Shown here piece after piece: positions 40,582-50,589 of a stretch of 64,000 bases of DNA. The stretch's first letter is position 1. Each line of letters starts with the position of its first letter. This stretch comes from Bdellovibrionales bacterium (GTDB lineage: Bacteria > Bdellovibrionota > Bdellovibrionia > Bdellovibrionales > UBA1609): the NCBI GenBank assembly GCA_041690295.1, contig JAWLHR010000001.1:274168-338167 (forward strand). The letters are read 5' to 3'. Position numbers and translations under genes: made by a program. The notes below the pieces were generated by a model, which did not search any database, had not been told where the DNA came from, and saw only the letters and a program-made list of their open reading frames with translations.

Positions 40582-41451
40582 TCATCGCCCGCTCAAGATA
40601 TCGCGTTGGACACGGCCATCCATGCCGATTGAAACACTCCAGGCGCCGGACGCCTCGTCATAGTGGTCGAAATGGGGAATAAGAGATCCACTACCTATTT
40701 GTATGGCCCTGACCTTCAGGGAACCCCGGCTATCTCGAGTCAAGATCGGACCCCCTGAGGCTCCGCGGTTCGCATCGCAGTCGGTCCGATAAGAAGCGGT
40801 TCCGTCATGTGGCGAAAAATCCCTTTTTCGAACCTGACACTCTTGAGCGATTGGCTCGTGTCCCCGGAAGACCTCTCGATTCATGCCCCTTTGAACATGA
40901 GTTAACATAATGACCGTCTCGCCTTCTTCGAGATGATTGGAATCAAACTCAAAGGGCTTGGAACATTTTTTTATAGGAGACTCCAAGTCGAGGACGATGT
41001 AGTCGTTATAATGATCATTCATCAGATCTTTTTCGGCGACCTTCGCTTTGCTTAAGCGAAGTGGAATCTTTTCTCCGGCGTAATTGGCGAAATAACAGTT
41101 TTTAAAATCGGACCGGGGAGTATTGGTGTCATGATTATAAAATGTGTGGCGCGCGGTGACGATTCGATCTGGTTTGTCCACGCTGAACCCCGTACTGTAA
41201 GTATGTCCTGGGCAGTGGACGTACCCCATGCAAGCCAAGGCTTGTCGGCGCTCTTGACGACTGAAACCTTTGATTTTTTTGGGCTTAAAATTCTGAATCT
41301 TGACCCGATCATCTTCACCGATCACCGAGACCAAATGGAACAAATGCGCATAGGGATTGATCCGCTGAGGCGCCGGGCAATTGGTCTTGGGGATAATGGC
41401 TTGAACGGGAGTCACAAAAATAATGCACAGTGAAACCAATAAGATCCGCAT
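40582..41451 (-). CDS. Secreted trypsin-like (S1/V8-type) serine protease
   Basis: Triad VTARH / NDYIVL / GASGGP; signal peptide; VIGEDDR processing-like motif. Confidence 0.88.
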   Translation of the reverse strand: MRILLVSLCIIFVTPVQAIIPKTNCPAPQRINPYAHLFHLVSVIGEDDRVKIQNFKPKKIKGFSRQERRQALACMGYVHCPGHTYSTGFSVDKPDRIVTARHTFYNHDTNTPRSDFKNCYFANYAGEKIPLRLSKAKVAEKDLMNDHYNDYIVLDLESPIKKCSKPFEFDSNHLEEGETVIMLTHVQRGMNREVFRGHEPIAQECQVRKRDFSPHDGTASYRTDCDANRGASGGPILTRDSRGSLKVRAIQIGSGSLIPHFDHYDEASGAWSVSIGMDGRVQRDILSGR

Positions 41452-41465
41452 GAAACTAATGAGAT

Positions 41466-41481
41466 AGCAGGAAATATGCCT
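41466..41481 (-). promoter_or_regulatory. Sigma-54 -24/-12 promoter candidate
   Basis: AGGCAT-ATTTC-CTGCT just upstream of the 41451 start. Confidence 0.5.
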
Positions 41482-41582
41482 GCCTATGAAGCAGCAGACC
41501 GGCTGGTCAGCTTGAATACACGGCCGACAATCATGGGGTGACAATTTTGGGTAGTCGACCGGAATCAGGTTAGGCGCCCAGC

Positions 41583-42659
41583 TTAAATCGCACTATATAT
41601 TCCAAGTTGAAAATAAGATTCGTCCTTGAAATGCTCTCTGAATTTTGAACGCCATTTTTCCGGCAAATTGAGACCCGTCATGATGAGATAGCTGGACCGC
41701 TCCCGCCCTATCGAATGAATTTGATCCAATAATTCATCCAGGAGTCCAGATTTCACCGAATTGCCAACGAAATAAAAATCGGCGGCGGGAAGTTCAAACG
41801 CGGGATCATCCAGATCCTGGACCACCGATTTTACAGTGGTCAAATCCAGCCGATCGCTCAATCGGTTGGCCACGCGAACTTTTTCCCGAACGAGATCGAA
41901 TCCAGTGTACTTTAACTTGGGATGGGTGATTCCCCAAACCACGCCCGGCAATCCGTATCCGCTGCCGATATCGATGACATGTATGGGCCGCTCAGGAAAC
42001 CATCGCTTAATCACCATAAGAAGTTCAATCGGCGTGTTGAGTTCCAGTCCAGTCATCATTGCCGACAATTCTCCCTTATAAATCCGCGAGTTCTTTTTCA
42101 CAGCCTGTTCAACCGCTTCGATATCCACGCCCAACAAATCCAGCACCACTTCGGTGAGGGCCAAAACTTTAAGGTCTCGGACATCCTCCATCACATTCGC
42201 GCGAGCGATGACCTTTAAAGACAGAATCGAATTCTCGAAAAAGACCCGGAGTGCCTCCTTCTGCTCCCTCGCGGGAAGAGATGTAAATCGCAGCGCGGTC
42301 TTTAACGGCTTCCTTGGCAAAACATAGTTATGCTTGAACGTAATCACCTCCCGATACATCTCGCTCCAGAATTTCGGATCATTGTGTCTTTCGGGTTCGC
42401 CGACGAAATGGGCCGGCGGAAAGTTATGTAGAAAATATTCACAGATGCGAATCGCGTCCCGAGGGAAAGCAACCGGTCTTTCTTCAGAAATGTCTCTTAA
42501 TTTCTCAACTTGGAATTTGAGGTACTCATCGCTGAACCTGCGCTGCGCTCCATAGCTGAGGCGTTCAAGTGTCGCATCGTACAACCATTGGAAAGGCCCT
42601 TTCTTTTCCGCACCGAACGACGGCGAAAGCGCCAATGACAGGATTAGCCAAAGCCACAT
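41583..42659 (-). CDS. Class I SAM-dependent methyltransferase with N-terminal signal peptide
   Basis: VIDIGSGYG, YTGFDL, VVQDL, ADFYFV; N-terminus MWLWLILSLALSPSFGA. Confidence 0.75.
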   Translation of the reverse strand: MWLWLILSLALSPSFGAEKKGPFQWLYDATLERLSYGAQRRFSDEYLKFQVEKLRDISEERPVAFPRDAIRICEYFLHNFPPAHFVGEPERHNDPKFWSEMYREVITFKHNYVLPRKPLKTALRFTSLPAREQKEALRVFFENSILSLKVIARANVMEDVRDLKVLALTEVVLDLLGVDIEAVEQAVKKNSRIYKGELSAMMTGLELNTPIELLMVIKRWFPERPIHVIDIGSGYGLPGVVWGITHPKLKYTGFDLVREKVRVANRLSDRLDLTTVKSVVQDLDDPAFELPAADFYFVGNSVKSGLLDELLDQIHSIGRERSSYLIMTGLNLPEKWRSKFREHFKDESYFQLGIYSAI

Positions 42660-42851
42660 GGTTTGCTTTTAGATTCAAAGTTCAAGCCACCGTGATCTAA
42701 TCGGCCGTCCCTTCTCTCCCCAAATGAAAACACGGCAACTCATTCTCGAATCTGACGGCGGGACAAAATACCCCAGCAACGCACCGTGAATCCATCGCCT
42801 ATCGTGGAAGAGCAATTGCAAGGCAATTAGAAGTTACGATTTGGAGGGCCA

Positions 42852-43337
42852 ATGCAATCACAAGTGGAACGACTGGCCAACCTTATTCGCGGAATCGATA
42901 GCGTGATGTTCTCAGCTCTGGATGTGGACGGCAAAATTCAAAGCCGTCCGATGGTGTCCCAAGAGCGCGAATTTGATGGCCGCCTCTGGTTTTTTACTGA
43001 AATGGATACCGAGTCCATACGGACGGATGTAAACGTCAACATAAGTTATATGGAGCCCGCGTCCAACCGGTATATCTCAGTGATGGGTCACGCCGAAATC
43101 ATCAAGGACGAAAACATCAAACGTGAACTCTGGGATGAATCGACGGAACGATGGTTCCCGTACGGTTTACAGAACCCGGATTTGAATTTGATCTGCGTCG
43201 GAGTCACCCGTGCGGAATATTGGGATACGCCGAACGCGCCTTCCGTCGAGACATTCGATTTCACCGGAGAAGGGTATCATCACCGGCCTTATTCACACGA
43301 TTGTGAGAAGCCGAATCTTGATTCCCTTCAAAGCTGA
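42852..43337 (+). CDS. General stress protein, pyridoxamine 5'-phosphate oxidase-like
   Basis: SRPM, GRLWFFT, YISVMGHA, WFP.G..NP, AEYWD. Confidence 0.88.
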   Translation: MQSQVERLANLIRGIDSVMFSALDVDGKIQSRPMVSQEREFDGRLWFFTEMDTESIRTDVNVNISYMEPASNRYISVMGHAEIIKDENIKRELWDESTERWFPYGLQNPDLNLICVGVTRAEYWDTPNAPSVETFDFTGEGYHHRPYSHDCEKPNLDSLQS

Positions 43338-44146
43338 CTTTCGTCATTCAAAAGCGCGCGAACCACATAGCCAGCCATCGCCAGGCCGAACGTGCCCGTG
43401 ACAAAGCTGGCGGTCCCGTAAATTAAGTTTCGTTTTTCGCAAGAATGAAATTCGTTGGCGCCCTGGGGGCAAACACATTTGAAACCCAATCCTTTATCGT
43501 ACTTCAATTCCACCGGATGAGTGGGCTCCTCGGAACTGAACACCGCCGGAATTCCGAAGTCCGTATCACTTGGAAAGCCGTATTTTCCACGCAGCACTTT
43601 TCGCACTTGCTGAAAAAGCGGATCCGTATGGGTTTTGGCCAGATCAGAAATTTGAATTTTCAATGGATCCATGCGACCGCCCGATCCGCCGGCCGAGATC
43701 ACGCGAATCGAGTGCTCCTTGCAAGTGGCCAGCAAGTGACATTTCGCCGTGACGTTATCGATGGCGTCAACAATATAGTCCGGTCGGCTGGAAAGGAGTT
43801 CATCGGAGGATTCAAAATTGTAGAACTTGGTGATCGCTTCGATTTTCGCGTTGGGATTTATTTTTTGCATCCGCTCGGCCAGCACCGGAGCTTTTTTCTT
43901 CCCCACCATTCCAGATAGGGCATGGAGCTGGCGATTGGTGTTCGTGATACAGATATCATCGAAGTCGACCAGCGTAAGCCGGCCGACACCCGAGCGAGCA
44001 AGGCTCTCAGCGGTCCACGATCCCACACCCCCCAAACCGATAATCATCACATGGGAGTGAAAAAGTTTGGCCATATTGGCGTCACCGATCAATCGACCGA
44101 TCCGGTCAAACCGCCGGTGAAGCGTGTACGTATCCATTTCCAGCAT
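43328..44146 (-). CDS. tcdA: tRNA threonylcarbamoyladenosine dehydratase (ThiF family)
   Basis: GLGGVGSW, DFDDICITNTNRQ, DAID, AVFSSE, GTASFVTGTFG. Confidence 0.9.
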   Translation of the reverse strand: MLEMDTYTLHRRFDRIGRLIGDANMAKLFHSHVMIIGLGGVGSWTAESLARSGVGRLTLVDFDDICITNTNRQLHALSGMVGKKKAPVLAERMQKINPNAKIEAITKFYNFESSDELLSSRPDYIVDAIDNVTAKCHLLATCKEHSIRVISAGGSGGRMDPLKIQISDLAKTHTDPLFQQVRKVLRGKYGFPSDTDFGIPAVFSSEEPTHPVELKYDKGLGFKCVCPQGANEFHSCEKRNLIYGTASFVTGTFGLAMAGYVVRALLNDESQL

Positions 44147-44156
44147 GGGGTTTTCA

Positions 44157-44933
44157 TTAAATGGAAATGCCCACTAAGTCAGCGAGATTTTGACGGGTCC
44201 GCGAAATGATTTCATTCCGTGGCTTTTGGTGGATGTCCGCGATTCGCGAGGCAATCCGCCATATTGTGGAAGAATCATGAATTTCTTGCCCGGGGGGAGG
44301 CTGATCGGGGGCATCGGATTCAATGAGGAGGCGCTCCAGCGGAGCCGTACGCACGGCTTCCCTCAGTGGCTCGGCCTTATCGAACAGGATGGCGGCTCCA
44401 ATGGAAAGGTGAAGGCCCAATTCTAGATATCGGCGGGCGTTTTCCCTCGACGAATTAAACGCATGAACCATGCCCTTGAGCGGCGCGAATTTGCGCAAGA
44501 TCTGAATCGCCGGCTCGTGGGCCCGGACAATGTGTAATACGATCGGTTTATTCATTCTTTGAGCGACGGCCATTTGGCGTTCAAACCAGATCTCCTGGTG
44601 TTTGGGGCCGGACGCGAGATAAGGTCGACGGAAATCTAAACCCATCTCACCCGCGAGCGCGGCGGCCGGAAGAAGTTTTTCCCATTGCAAAAAGGCTTTT
44701 TGCAAAACCGGGTTGTCTGAGTTCGCGACGAAATAAGGGTGGAGGCCGAACGCGGACCAGAAACGACCTGGAAACCGGTCTCTCAATTGGAGTTGTCGAC
44801 TCCATTCATCCGGGTCGACGCCGCCCAAAACAAATCCACGGATCCCGCCCCGATCCATTTTCGCCAAATAAGCCGGCATCAGATCGAAACACCTCGGATC
44901 CGTTAAATGGCAATGAGCATCGATCGTCCACAT
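44157..44933 (-). CDS. TatD-family hydrolase
   Basis: IDAHCHL, GLHP, GEMGLD, LH, HAF, IESDAPD. Confidence 0.92.
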   Translation of the reverse strand: MWTIDAHCHLTDPRCFDLMPAYLAKMDRGGIRGFVLGGVDPDEWSRQLQLRDRFPGRFWSAFGLHPYFVANSDNPVLQKAFLQWEKLLPAAALAGEMGLDFRRPYLASGPKHQEIWFERQMAVAQRMNKPIVLHIVRAHEPAIQILRKFAPLKGMVHAFNSSRENARRYLELGLHLSIGAAILFDKAEPLREAVRTAPLERLLIESDAPDQPPPGQEIHDSSTIWRIASRIADIHQKPRNEIISRTRQNLADLVGISI

Positions 44934-45028
44934 GGACCTATAAGATAACGATTGGGGCAAATGAGGCAAGATCACGGCCCTTGATTTTCGATCATTTTCT
45001 TGCTTGCCTTTACATAGGGAGCGGGGCC

Positions 45029-45811
45029 ATGAAAAGAATTCTATCTCACATCTTCAATCCCTCCCCTTCGCGCGTTGAAATTCCGCCGGAATTCTTTAGC
45101 GAAAAACGACGGCGGATCATCGACAAATACGATATCCCGCCGACAAAACTCGAAAAAGTTTTCTCCGATAAGGAATTGGAGGAAATAAAAAAGCTGGCCC
45201 TCGAAAACTCAACGCAAACCATTCGCCCCGGCTCAAAAAACTTCTGTGTGGATTGGAGTCATTTAAAGCCGATTGTACTGCCGAAATTTAAACCCTGGAT
45301 GCCGAAGACTGGACGGGTCAATGAACAGCTGAACGTGACAACGAATGCGTTTCGGCCACATACGGATATGGCGGTCGATCCAGGTCAGCCGAACGTCATT
45401 CAATTCATAGTGCCGGTGGACGCTTGGGGAAAAGACCGGCAAGCTTCGATCGTCTTTTTCAAGCAACGGTTTTTAGGCTCCCGCTTATCGCCTCTTTTTC
45501 AAAGACCCGAAGGCTCGGTTGAACGATGGCTTGAGAGTCGGAACCGTTATATCGAGGGCTATGAACCAAATCATAAAATTGACGAGTCCCTGCTGAAAGG
45601 TCCACTGGCGCATGTTGAGCCATTACTCTTATCCGGCCTTTCCGTTTCCGAAATCCTGACTTATGAGCCGGGTGACCTTATTGTGTTCGGCACCTCTCGT
45701 GTCCATTGCTCCGGCGATATGATGTTTCATGGGCTCTTTGCTAAGTTGTTCTTGCTACCCAGGATCCAGATCGGTCTGGATGAGCCTCAGTCACGCCCAG
45801 GTTCAGAGTAA
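45029..45811 (+). CDS. Putative 2OG-Fe(II) oxygenase-like (DSBH) protein
   Basis: HTD...PGDLIVF....VHCS: HxD...H facial triad. Confidence 0.55.
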   Translation: MKRILSHIFNPSPSRVEIPPEFFSEKRRRIIDKYDIPPTKLEKVFSDKELEEIKKLALENSTQTIRPGSKNFCVDWSHLKPIVLPKFKPWMPKTGRVNEQLNVTTNAFRPHTDMAVDPGQPNVIQFIVPVDAWGKDRQASIVFFKQRFLGSRLSPLFQRPEGSVERWLESRNRYIEGYEPNHKIDESLLKGPLAHVEPLLLSGLSVSEILTYEPGDLIVFGTSRVHCSGDMMFHGLFAKLFLLPRIQIGLDEPQSRPGSE

Positions 45812-45940
45812 AATAAACAGGGTACCAATCAAATCCATGAAATTTTCCTGACCGTTTTTGAACATATTTCCAGTTGAACAGTTAGGCACATTCTGTCAGA
45901 AAAACGACTTCTCATCCCAAAATAAAGAAGAGGTGGAGAT

Positions 45941-47098
45941 ATGCCATTATTGTTCCTTTTCCTTTTGTTTCCCTTTGTGACGGCCAATGCCACTTCGGGT
46001 GTGATTACCGGTATCTCAGTTAACCCAGAGTTATTGCCAAAGGTGAAATGGAGCGGGGATCTCCGCTATAGCCTTTTGAGCTCGAAAGAAAAAGCTGAGG
46101 ATGCGCGATACTATCAGCAGCTTCGATTGCGAGTGGGATTCGATGCGGATGTAAATGAATCTCTGAAAACCAAAGTACGATTGGCCACGGGAACATCGGC
46201 GACTTCGACCAATCAAACTTTAGGAGACCCAAGTGACCCGGGAATGCCACGTCGAAGTTTCGGTATTGATCGCGCTTATATGGATTGGACCGCGAATAAG
46301 ACCACATCGGTTTGGCTCGGTCGCACAGCCAATCCATTTTGGCGCCCGGAAAATGTTCAAATTCTATATGACAACGATTTGGCGTTTGAAGGTTCGGTCC
46401 TGCGCTGGCGGAACAAATGGTCGGATTCGGAAGCTTTTTCCAATTTGGGTGGATTCATAATTTCCGAGAACTACGCCGAGGGAGAGGATTTGGTTGATAT
46501 CGCCTTAATTGGCATGGACCTCGGTTGGCTCAAAAAAGGTACGGATTGGCGATGGACATCGCGCATCGGACATCATCACTACCTCAACGTCAAGGACCGG
46601 ACCATCTCCCGCCTCGCTCGAGGGGCCAAGATCGATTCAACCTCTCCATCGGTTCCCCGCTATAAAGGCAACACGGTTTACGCCGAAGATCCTTCTTTGC
46701 CGGCGGCAGATCGGGTCTATCGATTCAAAAATGATTACGCTCTTTTTCAAGCGGGTACGGAGTTCGCCTATAATTTCGGATCGGTGGAAGGCCTATTCTT
46801 TTTTGAAGGCATTCGGAACACGGCGATCAGCCGGATGCGAGACGCCTTCCAAACCGGCCTTAAAATCGAATGGAAATGGTTCTCATGGACGGAAGCCTAT
46901 CTTCGCAAAGAGCCGGACTCCGTATTGGGCCAATTCAGTTATTTTGGATCGGATCAAGAAGGGTTTCGCCATGTCATGACTTTTCGCCTGGATAAAAACG
47001 TAAAGCTATGGTTGACCCGTTTCGATCTTGATCGACATTATGCCGAATCCAAGAGCAAATACGAGATCACATTCTTAGAACTTGTGGCCGCTTTTTAG
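45941..47098 (+). CDS. Putative outer-membrane porin
   Basis: Signal peptide, WSGDLRY, RLRVG, RLATG..TSTNQTLG, IDRAY, C-terminal Phe. Confidence 0.8.
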   Translation: MPLLFLFLLFPFVTANATSGVITGISVNPELLPKVKWSGDLRYSLLSSKEKAEDARYYQQLRLRVGFDADVNESLKTKVRLATGTSATSTNQTLGDPSDPGMPRRSFGIDRAYMDWTANKTTSVWLGRTANPFWRPENVQILYDNDLAFEGSVLRWRNKWSDSEAFSNLGGFIISENYAEGEDLVDIALIGMDLGWLKKGTDWRWTSRIGHHHYLNVKDRTISRLARGAKIDSTSPSVPRYKGNTVYAEDPSLPAADRVYRFKNDYALFQAGTEFAYNFGSVEGLFFFEGIRNTAISRMRDAFQTGLKIEWKWFSWTEAYLRKEPDSVLGQFSYFGSDQEGFRHVMTFRLDKNVKLWLTRFDLDRHYAESKSKYEITFLELVAAF

Positions 47099-47107
47099 AA
47101 TGAGGGT

Positions 47108-47878
47108 CTACGCTTTCGTGATGACCGGAGCGTTCATGAGGAGCTTGTCCTCGGGGTGGTCCAAAAACGGCTCTCGCCAAACCTCTCCCTGAGGCAGATA
47201 TCTCCGGATCGATTTTTGGTAAGCGTGTTCATCAAAGTGAACCACCGTCGCGCCTGATAACTTTGACTTCGCTGAAAAATAGAGGTTCCAACTCTGGGTG
47301 AACTCCGGAAGATATCGGTGATCGTAAGGCTTAAAGGGCAGGACCTCAGGCCGAAATTCATTTAGTTTCAATGACAGAAGGCCGAGTTGCAGGAAGTACA
47401 TCCGATTCATTGATGCATTTTCATAAGATCGAGGTTCAAACAGATAAGTTTGGAAACCGTTCTTTTCCAGAAACTCGACCATTTCATCGAAACCTGTCGG
47501 GCGGATCCGAATACTGACGATGTACTTCTCACCGGGTCTTTGTTTCTTCAGTTCAGACTCCAGGAAAGAGACGGATTCATGATTCCGGCGTAGGTCACGC
47601 CACTTGCCCACCTGGAAATTGTGTAACATTCTACAAGAACCGTTCACTGAGCCGTATGAGGTGAGCAGATGAGCCGCGGAATGCGCACCGGTGAAATCGA
47701 GTCCCACACAAGCGATCCGGTCATTATTAAGCATACGAGGGAGATTGGCAAAAAACTGGCCTTCTCCTGATCTGGATTTGGAGACGAGCGTGAACGAACC
47801 CAGTTTGGATCCGATGAAGCACCCCGAACCAAACAGCAGCAACTGTCTTAAAAAGAGACGTCGGTCGCTCTTATTCAT
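47108..47878 (-). CDS. Hypothetical protein with twin-arginine-like signal
   Basis: SDRRLFL plus hydrophobic stretch; VGLDFTGAHSAAHLL is weakly sulfotransferase-like. Confidence 0.55.
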   Translation of the reverse strand: MNKSDRRLFLRQLLLFGSGCFIGSKLGSFTLVSKSRSGEGQFFANLPRMLNNDRIACVGLDFTGAHSAAHLLTSYGSVNGSCRMLHNFQVGKWRDLRRNHESVSFLESELKKQRPGEKYIVSIRIRPTGFDEMVEFLEKNGFQTYLFEPRSYENASMNRMYFLQLGLLSLKLNEFRPEVLPFKPYDHRYLPEFTQSWNLYFSAKSKLSGATVVHFDEHAYQKSIRRYLPQGEVWREPFLDHPEDKLLMNAPVITKA

Positions 47879-48076
47879 TGGTAAGTAAAATTGTATAACG
47901 CGCCATTCCCGCGATTCAAGACAGTGGATCAACTCTGGACACTGGCCTGGAATTAACTTGCCTTGAACTGACGTCAGGCCTCTCGGCCGTGCCTCATTCG
48001 AGTTGAAGGCCGAATGCCAAGTGGCTATATTCCCTACATGAATAAGATCGACAATAGGCTTGATCGGAGGGGTTCA

Positions 48077-49036
48077 ATGTATCTTTTGACGGTTATCCTT
48101 TCTCTTTTCATGGTCCAGGCTCAGGCCCACGATTTAACCACAATCGTTTACGCGGCCCCCACCACGATCACCGCGGGCATCCCCTATGTTGCGCAAGCCA
48201 ATGGGTATTTCAAAGAGCAGAATATCAAAATCGAAGAGAAGCTTTTCGCTTCAGGGCGCGAATCGCTTGAGGCTCTGCTCGCGGGACACGCCCAACTTCA
48301 GTCGGTTTCCGAGACACCGTTCATTCACGCGGTATTGCAGGGTAACAAAATCGTTACAATCGCGACTGTGGCCGTGCACGGCGAAGCGAAGCTCATCGCG
48401 CGGAAAGATCGCGGAATAATAAAAGAGACCGACTTAAAAGGAAAAAAGGTGGGGACCGCTCCCGGCACGAATTCGGATTATTTCATGCACGTCTTCTTGA
48501 GTGGCCACGGGTTGAAGCCGAATGACATCGCCATATTCAACATGAAGGCGCCGCAAATGAAAACCGCGCTCGTGAAAGGCGACATCGATGCCTATTTCGC
48601 CTGGGAGCCTCACATCTATTACGCTAAAAAGGAGCTGGGCGACAAAGCGATTGTGTTTAATCCGGGCCAACGATATAGCGGCCGGCAGACGATCAACATG
48701 AATGCGGACTTCGCGGAAAAGAATCCGGATGTAGTCCGGAGCATCGTTAGAGCCCTTTTGCGGGCGGAAGAATTCATCAAGAAGAATCCCGAGAAAGCAC
48801 GGGAAATCGTCGCGGCCAAATTGGGAGTTAAAATCGAGGACATCGATCCCATGTGGAAAGAAATCGATTTCAAAGTCCAGTTAGATAACGGCATTCTTCC
48901 GCTCTTTGAAAAGATCGGTAAGTGGTCCGCCGAGATGAATAAACGAGCGGCGCCGATTCCCGATTTTAAAAAACACATTTATGCGAAGGCGCTGCTAAGG
49001 GAAAAAGAAAATGTGGTGGCACCCGAACTTCGTTAA
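48077..49036 (+). CDS. ABC substrate-binding protein, NMT1/SsuA/TauA family
   Basis: Signal peptide, DLKGKKVG..PGT, GDIDA...WEP. Confidence 0.9.
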   Translation: MYLLTVILSLFMVQAQAHDLTTIVYAAPTTITAGIPYVAQANGYFKEQNIKIEEKLFASGRESLEALLAGHAQLQSVSETPFIHAVLQGNKIVTIATVAVHGEAKLIARKDRGIIKETDLKGKKVGTAPGTNSDYFMHVFLSGHGLKPNDIAIFNMKAPQMKTALVKGDIDAYFAWEPHIYYAKKELGDKAIVFNPGQRYSGRQTINMNADFAEKNPDVVRSIVRALLRAEEFIKKNPEKAREIVAAKLGVKIEDIDPMWKEIDFKVQLDNGILPLFEKIGKWSAEMNKRAAPIPDFKKHIYAKALLREKENVVAPELR

Positions 49037-49781
49037 GGTGCGCGACCACGCGATCACAGTCCTGTTCCTCATGGGTGTATTCGGCGCTTGGGAATGGTTA
49101 TACAGATCCAACCTCTATCCGCCTCACCTCTTCCCCGGCCCGAGCGCGGTGTGGCCGGCCTTGGTGGAAATGGCCAAGTCCGGTGAACTGGCCCAAGATT
49201 TTTTGGCTTCCTCATTCAGATGGATAACGGGATTTATTATCGGGACGGTTCTGGGTGTACCGTTTGGCATGATTTGCGGACGCTTGAAATTCATTCGGAT
49301 GTCAATCGGCGGATTGCTCAACGGTTTAAGTTCCATTCCAAAAATCGTTATGATTCCGATCGCGATACTATGGTTTGGGCTGGGAGAAACGCAGAAGGTC
49401 TCGCTGGTGGCCTGGGGCGCCTTTTTTCCCGTCTGGCTCAGCTCCATGGAAGCGGCCCTGCACACGCCCCGGGAACTTGTTTGGGTGGCGCGATCTTATA
49501 ATCTGACGCCATTGCAGTCGGCGCTCCACATTTTTTGGCCGAGCGCCATTCCTCATATCGTGGCCGGCATACGCATCGCCATCTCGACGGCCACCTTTTC
49601 TCTCGCGGCGGCCGAGATGTCGGGCGCGTTCTCCGGATTGGCCTATCGAGTTTTTTATAGTCACGAAATGTTTCAGACCGATAAGATGATGGCCGGAATA
49701 TTTGTCATTACGGTGCTGTCTTGGTTGGTGAACTATGCGTTTATGAAGCTGGTCAAGTACTTGGCCCCTTGGGCGACTTAA
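49011..49781 (+). CDS. ABC permease, SsuC/TauC family
   Basis: FPGPSAV, IPIAILWFGLGE, AFFPV, AAEM; start uncertain. Confidence 0.9.
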   Translation: MWWHPNFVKVRDHAITVLFLMGVFGAWEWLYRSNLYPPHLFPGPSAVWPALVEMAKSGELAQDFLASSFRWITGFIIGTVLGVPFGMICGRLKFIRMSIGGLLNGLSSIPKIVMIPIAILWFGLGETQKVSLVAWGAFFPVWLSSMEAALHTPRELVWVARSYNLTPLQSALHIFWPSAIPHIVAGIRIAISTATFSLAAAEMSGAFSGLAYRVFYSHEMFQTDKMMAGIFVITVLSWLVNYAFMKLVKYLAPWAT

Positions 49782-49791
49782 CCGGCAGGAG

Positions 49792-50589
49792 ATGGAAGTG
49801 CGGTCGGGTTACGAAATACAAGATCTCTGCTTTGGATACACCGACAGGCGGCGCCTATTCGACAATTTCAACTTCCGTGTGCGCAATGGCGAGTTCGTCA
49901 CCATTACGGGACACTCGGGTTGCGGAAAAAGCACCTTCCTCTATTTGCTCGCTGGTTTATTGAAAGCCAACAGCGGCTCGATTCGGTTTAATCAAAAGGT
50001 CAATCCCCCACCGGGTCCGGACCGTTTTACGGTCTTCCAATCAGACAATCTGTTCTTCTGGAAAACCGCCTTGGGAAACGTCGCTCTGGGACCAAGGCTC
50101 GTACATCGCCTGACAAAAAAAGAATCGCGGCGCGAAAGTCTAGCGCTGCTTGAACGCGTGGGTTTGAAAGGGTTCGAGAAATACTACCCGCACCAACTGA
50201 GCGGCGGCATGCGACAAAGGGTCGGCTTGGCGAGAGCCTTTGCCGTGCGCCCTGATGCCATTCTCATGGATGAGCCCTTCGGGTCATTAGACGCGCAAAC
50301 TCGCGTAGAAATGCAAAATCTGCTGATCGAAATTTGGGGTGAGTATTCAGGAACCATCGTCTTCATCACGCATGATATCGACGAGGCCATAACGTTATCC
50401 GATCGAATTGTGGTGTTCGGCGGTGAACCCGTTCACATCAAAACGGAGATCCGGATACCGGAAGAAAGACTTTTACGGCGTTCGAAAACTTTCTTGCCAA
50501 GGCGAGAGGCGATTCGGGACGAAATCATGAACATGTTGGGCGCGGAACAGGGGGCCAGAATAAATCATGAAGATCTTCGCTTATCGTGA
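49792..50589 (+). CDS. ABC ATPase, SsuB/TauB family
   Basis: GHSGCGKST, YPHQLSGGMRQR, LMDEPFGSLD, ITHDIDEA. Confidence 0.93.
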   Translation: MEVRSGYEIQDLCFGYTDRRRLFDNFNFRVRNGEFVTITGHSGCGKSTFLYLLAGLLKANSGSIRFNQKVNPPPGPDRFTVFQSDNLFFWKTALGNVALGPRLVHRLTKKESRRESLALLERVGLKGFEKYYPHQLSGGMRQRVGLARAFAVRPDAILMDEPFGSLDAQTRVEMQNLLIEIWGEYSGTIVFITHDIDEAITLSDRIVVFGGEPVHIKTEIRIPEERLLRRSKTFLPRREAIRDEIMNMLGAEQGARINHEDLRLS

